This document shows positions 56,517 through 64,000 of a stretch of 64,000 nt of DNA, one piece after another (position 1 is the first letter of the stretch; the number at the start of each line of letters is the position of its first letter). Origin of the DNA: Lama glama. Taxonomy: Eukaryota. The position numbers and the translations under genes were made by a program. The stretch is taken from contig CM052818.1 of NCBI GenBank assembly GCA_028534125.1, positions 39,248,001 through 39,312,000 on the forward strand. Reading direction: 5' to 3'. The notes under the pieces were generated by a model, which worked only from the letters and a program-made list of their open reading frames with translations, was not told the DNA's origin and made no database searches.

Positions 56517-56642
56517 CATCTGGGTACTTTGAAGGTTCCTGGAAAGCAGATGTCTGCACTATCCTGGGAAGGAGGTGGACTGAAAATTGCACTAGCTGTT
56601 GATTCTTTTATATATTTTGCAAATATTCGACCTGATTATAAG
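56517..56642 (+). CDS. WDR35: WDR35 exon 9
   Basis: ttcag|CATCTG...TATAAG|gtaag, 126 bp. Encodes [42 protein letters not shown]. Confidence 0.97.
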
Positions 56643-56839
56643 GTAAGTATCATGAGCAGTTATAAAAAGAGATATTTTTTACTAAATAGTTTTGTAATAG
56701 CGGGAAGTATAATGTCTGTTTCTTGCTTATATTCGTAGCCATTTTGTTTAGAAGCCAGTTGAAAGGAGGCTTTTTTAGTGTGAAGACCTTAGAACTAGTA
56801 AGCTTTTCTAGGATACTGTATATAATTAGTAAAATTATT

Positions 56840-57260
56840 CCTGCAGTCAGGGTCTCAGCAGGAAACAGAGAAGTAATCGAAGAGAGATTCATGAAGGGTT
56901 TATTACAGCAGTATGGTCAGGGCTAAGGGGACCAGTAAGGGATGACAAGGCCAGCACCCAGGGACTAGCAGCAGTGGGCAAGAGAAGGAGTATTGTTCCT
57001 GGGACCCACTGGCGTGGTGGCTGTGCAAGAGGGGCTGCCCTGTGGGAGCACAGCCACCGCTAGCCGGCTGGGCAGAGACAGCTTGGGGGAACAAATACTT
57101 TCACCTAGTTCTCTACCTGCTGGTGCCTTCTGTTGGCCAAACCCAGCTGGAAAACAGAAGGCGAGGTAGCTCAGGTGATGGAGTTCACAGAAGTCATCCT
57201 CCAGGGCAGAGAGCAGGGTAGAGAAGGGCAAAGTGGATCAGGAGAAAATAAGAATAAGCA
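56840..57260. mobile_element. Old ERVL-class LTR relic (family uncertain)
   Basis: GTCAGGGTCTCAGCAGGAAACAGA start and GGGCAGAGAGCAGGGTAGAGAAGGG end resemble ancient eutherian ERVL LTRs. The block is GC-richer than its flanks. Confidence 0.5.
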
Positions 57261-57389
57261 GTGTAATAACTAACCAGTATTTTACCTTAAAGTTAACATT
57301 TGAATCGTAACAAGATCTGAAGTATGAGATTGATCTGGTAAACTACTAAGAATATTTGTTGTGAAAAGACTTACATATTTAATTTTTAA

Positions 57390-58530
57390 AGGTCAAGCAC
57401 CTTGGAGAAATGGCTGATTCTAGAACTAGGGTGGGGAAAGTGAAAGATGAGCCTGGAGCATCTTATAGTGCCAGGAAGTAAGGAAGTGCTCAAAACAGAA
57501 AGGTGGGGGTGTGCCAAAGGGACAGAGGAGGCAACTTGAAAGAGCTCAAGGCTGGAACAATCTCAGCAACGAAATAAATGACGTAACATTGGATTGTCAC
57601 CCAGATTATAAAATAAATGTCCATGAGTACAAACCAATGTCAATAAATTATTAAATAAATAAATGGGGGAGAAGGAACAAATCTTACAGAAGTATTCTAA
57701 CTTACTCAGACACCACCCTCCAGGAGGTGGAGTGTAGTCCCTCCCGTTCCCCCAACTTGGACTGCATTTAGTGGCTCACTTCCAAAGAGCAGAGTATGGA
57801 AAGGGGGAAAAAGAAAGTGACTTGCAGCGGAGAAACCTGGCAAGCACTACCTTGTCCAGGAGAGCGAGGCCAGCGTCATCGGTGATGTCACGTGGAGCTC
57901 ACATACCCCTGTGGTGACATGATGGGCGGAGCTCTTCACTTGTGGGGTGGTCTCCCCAAAAACCAATGATCCCCTTCTAAGCCTGAGAAAAGCAGCAGAC
58001 AAACCTGAATTGAGGGACATTCTACATTAATACCTGACTAGTACTCCTTAACACTGTCAAGGTCATCAGAAACCAGGGAAGACTGAGAAACCATTACAGC
58101 CCAGAGGAGCCTCAGGAGACATGATGACTAAATGTGGTGTATTCCAGTTGGGATTCTGGATTAGAAAAAGGATATTAGGGAAAACCAAATGAAATCTAAA
58201 TTAAGTTTGGAGTTCAGTAAGTAGTAATGTATCAGTGTTGGTTTCAGTTGAGACGGATGTACTGCGGTAATGTAAGATGTTAACAGTAGGGGAAAATAAG
58301 TAGAGTATAGGGAACTTTGTACTATTTTTGCAAATTTTTTTGAGTTGAAATGACTAATTGGTTTATTTTTAATCACATTTTTCACATTAGTACAAGTCCC
58401 TTTATTTTTATTTTTTATTAATTTTTTTAATTGAAGTGTTGTCAGTTTACTATGTGTTAATTTCTGGTGTATAGCATAGTGATTGTTATACTATTTTTGC
58501 AGTTTTTATATAAATCTAAAATTTTTTAAA
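57390..58530 (+). mobile_element. Old L1 (L1MC-like) 3' end, interrupted by a younger insertion at 58333-58488
   Basis: GGAGAAACCTGGCAAGCACTACC...TTGAGGGACATTCTAC...GTAAGATGTTAAC...GTACTATTTTTGCA, resuming as GTTTTTATATAAATCTAAAATT. Confidence 0.75.
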
Positions 58531-58983
58531 GGATGGGATAAAAGAGGCAGAGGACCTATCTCTGAATTTTGGTTTGGGGACTCAGAATTGAACTCTGGCA
58601 GGGGTCACTCCTTCTGTTGCCCCCAAGCAGCTGTTGTTGACTGCTGAAAAATCTGAAATTTTCACCACTGAAGCTTAAATCTTACAAATTAAAATAAGGA
58701 AAGTTAAACTAAATTTATTTTGAAGCATATTTTTAAACTGTCTTTATTACTCTTAGTTTTTTTGTTATTTTAGTGAGAAAAGGTCTTAAGCTGAATATTC
58801 AGCCCTTATCGCTTCCATTTCTAAAGAATGGATTTTGTCACCACTGATAAACCACATATCTGTAATATTTCTAGAAGGAAATGTAATAATATGACTTTTC
58901 CTATGGTAATTTCTCTTTCTGCCTTTCTCTCTCTTCCCTCCTATCTCCCCTCCTTCTGTTCCCTCCCTTCCCTCCTTCCACAG

Positions 58984-59169
58984 TGGGGTTACTGCTCAAA
59001 CACTGTAGTTTATGCGTATACCAGACCTGATCGTCCAGAGTACTGCGTTATCTTTTGGGATACAAAAAACAATGAGAAATATGTTAAATATGTCAAGAGT
59101 CTCATTTCTATTACTACTTGTGGAGATTTCTGCATTTTGGCTACAAAAGCTGATGAAAATCATCCTCAG
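58984..59169 (+). CDS. WDR35: WDR35 exon 10
   Basis: cacag|TGGGGT...CCTCAG|gtagg, 186 bp. Encodes [62 protein letters not shown]. Confidence 0.97.
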
Positions 59170-59759
59170 GTAGGTGTTCCTTGATGTCTTAAAACTTAGG
59201 TGGGTTAACTGCTTGGCAGAATTGGGCTATGGTTATCCATCTTCTCAAGCATGGCCTCTATACTGACAGATATAGCAAAGTATTGGGTCTTTTGGCCAGG
59301 TCTGTCTAGACTTGGAAAACTATGTGACGCCATTGGTTCTGTGTTCCCTGATTTTTTCTCCAATCAGTTAATCCACTGGCAGTTCATACTGACCAGTACT
59401 GAAGCTTTTTGTCTCTGGAATATATTTAAAATACCACAGTTCTTTTCCAATTTAAAATTCCATAAGCAAAAATGAATAACCAGATGTCTAGTACAAATGC
59501 TCAAGAAATTATGTAACAGTGACCATTTATAACAATTTGGGTAGCTTTGACATTCAGAAATGTACTTTTATGTGGAGTTATATTACTTAAAAAATCAATG
59601 TCTCATAAAATAAATAATATAAATAATGCCCTTTTAAAAAATGCTATAAATGTAAATGTTTCCAGAAATATACAAATTTTTCAAAAAAGGACTCCTTTAT
59701 CTTTGTGTTATAAATTATTTTATCACATTAAAAAGTATAGAATTTTTAGTTTAGGGTGG

Positions 59760-61330
59760 CCATTTGAACAGCCACATTTGGCTCTCTTCTCTCCTGAAAT
59801 TCATTAAAACAACAGGAAAAGTATTTTTAAAAAAGCCATACGCCCATAGGGACCAGAAAGGGAGAGGAAACGGCATCATAATTTCAGGGGTTAGAAAGTA
59901 GGTGGATTAGTGGTAATTACCTTAGCAGACCCAGGGAAAATGAGATCCTCAGCCATTAGTGGAGAAAGCAAAGCAGCAGCTAGTTTTTGTCATAGAATCC
60001 CAAAGAGACACAGGACTTGATGGCACCTCACAGCAGAAAGAAACAAACAGAAAAGCAATTTGAAAGTACCAGAGATTATGCAGGCAGGAGAAAACTTTGG
60101 GGAAAAAAGAGGGGCATCTAAAGAAGCAGATTTCTAGATCCCCTCCCCACTACTGAGCTCATAGGGAGCTGCCCTTCTACCTCCAGGGGAGACTGGTTTG
60201 CCCCCAGAGAGGGCACAGAGTCTGCACTGCACGGCACCATGCATCGGGAAGGGTGAAGGAACTTGCTGAGAACAGGGCAGTTGAATAATGCTACCCCAGG
60301 CTTCTTTTCCCACTTGGTTCCCAGGACAGATTTCACCAGATCAGGTGTCATAATGGCATTCGACTTGTCAGCCTCAATACTTTGGAGAATTGCTTTCAAA
60401 TTTCTGAGGAAAAAATGACTTCCCATCTTGAATTCCACACCTTAAGCAAATTATTAATGAAATATGAGGGTAGAATTCAGACATTTTTAGATATACAAGA
60501 TCACCAAAAATATACCTTCCAAGCTTCCTTATCTTAGGAAGTTACTTCAGGATATGGTTCACCAAAATGAAGAATAAACAGAAAGAGGAAGAAACAGGGT
60601 CACCTGACAACAGTGGTAAAGAGTGGTACCCGCTGACAGTTATGCACATGCCGAGGCAGTCGTCAAATGAGAACAGGCCACGTGGCTCCAAAAGAAATTC
60701 AAGGTGAAATTAATAGAATACTTAATGTGGTTTAACTCTTGAGGGGAGGCATACAAACTGGGGGATAACTGTGGACTTGAGTTAGTAGTAAATACCAAGA
60801 AAACTAAGCACAGAAAAAAAAAAAAGACAATTATCCACTACAAGGAAAGCAAAATATGCTTGAAAGGAAAATAAATCATGTTATACCTGACTCAGCTGTG
60901 GGCCAAAATAGTCAAAATGCTATTCTCAACTGGATTTTTTAAAATTAAACATTTTTGAAAATTGAAGTATAATGAAGATTTTAAAACCGAAATCCTGATT
61001 TAACAAAATTATAGTGGAACGATGGAGGGATGGGTGTGTGCTGCTGTGTGATAGGAGCCTGGGAAAGAGGGGTGAAGGAGGGCTCCACACGTAGCTGTCC
61101 TGGTGGGTAGTGGTTACTTAATGCACCAGACTGAAGCAAAAGTAGCGTTGTAAGCATGTTACTTAGATATGTGGAGGTAAATATCAAAAGGATGACGTAC
61201 AGGAGCTGGACATACTCTAGGGAGCAAAAAACGGGAAGTTGTGGGGATGGGGGGACTTCCTTTTTTGATAAGAAGTCTTATTTGATCATGTGAATGATAA
61301 ATATGTAAAACATTTGTATTTTGCGACAGT
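59760..61330 (+). mobile_element. Highly degraded old L1 sequence
   Basis: Motifs such as TGCTTTCAAATTTCTGAGGAAAAAATGAC...GAGGGTAGAATTCAGACATTTTTAGATATACAAG resemble old L1M internal sequence. Boundaries approximate. Confidence 0.5.
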
Positions 61331-61751
61331 AAATAAGCTTATTTTAGGTAGTGAAAGAATAAATTATGATATTTTAGTATAATCCTTATTTAGTTTACAT
61401 GGATGAAATTAAACAAGTTTTACTTGAGGTACTGAGAAAAGAAAAAGTCTACATGCATTAAAAGTTGGCTTATTTGAAGTTATTCTAATCAGGAAAATGT
61501 CTATGTAAAATAACATTCTTAGTACTGGATATAGAGAAGGTGACTAACGGCAAAAAAAAAAAAGAAATTATTACTAGAATGTAAAGTGTGTATTGTGCTT
61601 GATTATTTTTCCTAATATTAATTATTGATAATTATTTGTGTGTGTGTGAATCACTGGGCATTTTAAGTTATTTTCATTAGGTTAGATTTTGTTTTTTCTC
61701 AATTAACTGACTTTTTTTTTTAATTTCTATCATTTATATATTGCTTCAAAG

Positions 61752-61784
61752 GAGGAGAACGATATGGAAACATTTGGTGCAACG
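61752..61784 (+). CDS. WDR35: WDR35 exon 11, 33-nt frame-preserving cassette exon
   Basis: caaag|GAGGAGAACGATATGGAAACATTTGGTGCAACG|gtaac, encoding EENDMETFGAT. Phase 0-0. Corresponds to the 11-aa insert of the long human isoform as recalled. Confidence 0.88.
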
Positions 61785-62103
61785 GTAACAAATTAAGTTA
61801 GCTCTTATATAGCTGGATATAGGATAAAAATGAGTTTTAAGGTTGTAGCTGATGAGGAATTTTAGAAGTATAAATGGTGAAAAGTAGCCAGTGTACTTGT
61901 GTTTCTTAACTGATCTCTTAAAAACCAATGTTCCATTAAATCGAGAAATCAGCCTTGGTTTAATTTTAATTCATATTTCTTTATTTTTGATGCTGTAGAT
62001 TATCTTTGCTATTCTTTGCACTTAATTTTATCAATTACTTCCATGTTAGTGATACTTGAAAAAGAGATAAGCGTGTTCTGTTAAACATTATTTCTTTTAT
62101 TGA

Positions 62104-62259
<156 letters not shown>

Positions 62260-62318
62260 TGAAACTAATTTAAAAGTGCAACAATAGTATTACTAATTAG
62301 AATGTTATTCTCTAAGCA

Positions 62319-62447
62319 AGGATGAGCGTACTTCCTGGTTTGCCAGGCTCAGTACCAGTGTATGCCTGTTGTGGTAGAATTATTAATAACTCCCCCATTT
62401 CACTCTCAGAAGAATCCTGCTTAATACAGTAAATTACAAGGTTATTA
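62319..62447. mobile_element. MER94-like hAT-Blackjack relic
   Basis: CCTGGTTTGCCAGG...TATGCCTGTTGT...AATTATTAATAACTCCCCCATTTCACTCTCA resembles the MER94 consensus as recalled. Confidence 0.6.
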
Positions 62448-64000
62448 AATTGACAACACTCTCACAACTTCCATACTGTCATCATTTGCTTTAAATGGGA
62501 AATATAACTTATAGGACTCAGTATCTAACCTAATGATTCGTATGTAATAAACTGAGGATTATAGAAAGAATTTTGCCATGGAAGCACTTTTATTAATAAA
62601 CTGCTTGTAAATACTTCTCTTCCATAAAAAACACTTAAGCTGCTTGTGAAAGTGAGTTTGTCCTTTCCAGATTTTTCTAATGAAATCAGTCTGTTAATAG
62701 GTACAGCTTAAAAAAATTCCTGACTTCTTGTTTTCAGAAGGCATTGTTACTGTGGATTTACCATTCCCTCTATCCGATAGCTATGAAAGTAACCATTAAA
62801 AAATTACAAATCTTGTTCTAAGGATTTTGTCAAAAATCGTTACCAAATATTTTGTTGCCATTTCACTATATTTCCAAAATAATGTTTTTCTTTTACAGTG
62901 TATGGTAGTTTATTGGACAAGGAATTAGAAAAAATAGTTGGTTTCAAAAATTGAAAACTCATTGAATTCTCTGAATCTGAGAACTAGTCCTTTTTTTTTT
63001 TTTTTTTTAAGATTTCACATTCAGCCTTAACAATCAAATGTTAAAGTCTGCCTTCTAAATGTTTGTATTTTGTTAAGGTCTTTGGGTGATACAAGCAAAT
63101 GTGAAAAATACTTACTGACCTCAAAGATTTTATACTCTTGTGTGTAGGGTCTTGGTAACTCATCTTTATACGTTGAAACTTTTCAACTTCATGTCTTATA
63201 TTCACTGTTACATATGTATGTTTATATGTTTCTCTCTCTATATTTATATATATATAAATGTTAGTGTTCTTTGTTAATGTTAGTGTTCCTTAGCTTAAAA
63301 CTATTACAGACTCTTATCACATGAATATTTTCTATTTATTAGAAATATAATAGTCCTAAATCTTAAGGGATGAATTCTGACAACCTTCAGATTATATGCT
63401 TTTTCTTTTAATGTCAAAAATTTTAACATAGAATCATAATGATGACAGGGTTAGCCTCAAAGTAATTTTAATCACAGGCAGTCTATTTTTTTAATAAAGA
63501 CAGATGTAAATCCTTTACCTTCATAAAATGGCAAATGCTTGAGGGCATGATTATTTGTATTTTTGAGACTTGAAACTTTTTTTTACAGTCTCGCTGGCTG
63601 AAATTTTAACAAACAGTCCTTTCATTGGTCTGCAGTAAACTCAGCCAAAGACTCAACATTTTCGTTTCATACGTATCCTGTAAAATTCCTTTTTAAAGTT
63701 TCTATGCCAAATTTTCATGAGGACTGGAGGCTAAAGCAGAAAAAGTATGTAACTGTTATCGTTCTAGGAAGTGTAATTTTTGTCACCTACTCTTCCTGAA
63801 AATCTTTATAGAAACTTTAAACAAGAACTTTGTGCATTATTACAGAAGTGTAGTTTGTGGGGCTCTGTTATACTGCACATGTAGGAGTTAGGGTTTTGGC
63901 GGCCTCTTCCTTCGAGCCCTCAGAATATTCGGTGTGCTTCTATCTGAAGTACTTACTCTGCACTGTGATTATTGATGTTCTTGCCTATCCTCCCCACAGG

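Noticed and set aside
63975..64000. Acceptor-like pyrimidine tract plus CAG at the window end
   Set aside because: No downstream sequence to verify an exon, so it cannot be assigned to WDR35 exon 13.

Overview
Mammalian genomic DNA, most likely a camelid (alpaca or camel). The basis is several tRNA-derived SINEs resembling the camelid vic-1 family and no recognisable Alu, Bov-tA, PRE or Can-SINEs. The window holds three intact, spliced protein-coding genes, all on the + strand, in the known LAPTM4A-MATN3-WDR35 order. These are LAPTM4A exons 2-7 (1765-8218), the complete 8-exon MATN3 (CDS 21113-37776, 482 aa, last intron U12-type AT-AC) and WDR35 exons 1-12 (41040-62212, continuing past the window). 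I checked exon boundaries and reading-frame phases by hand. Almost all ORF-track entries are spurious or partial exon read-throughs. The ORF track misses a decayed processed pseudogene of RNFT1 in WDR35 intron 2, a 33-nt WDR35 cassette exon, an RFX X-box in the WDR35 promoter, two short L1 insertions with 3'-transduction signatures, and an L1-derived branch-point region at LAPTM4A exon 5. There is a 500-N assembly gap inside an L1. I see no convincing previously undescribed biological system. Comparisons with human proteins and repeat family names are from memory and need database confirmation.
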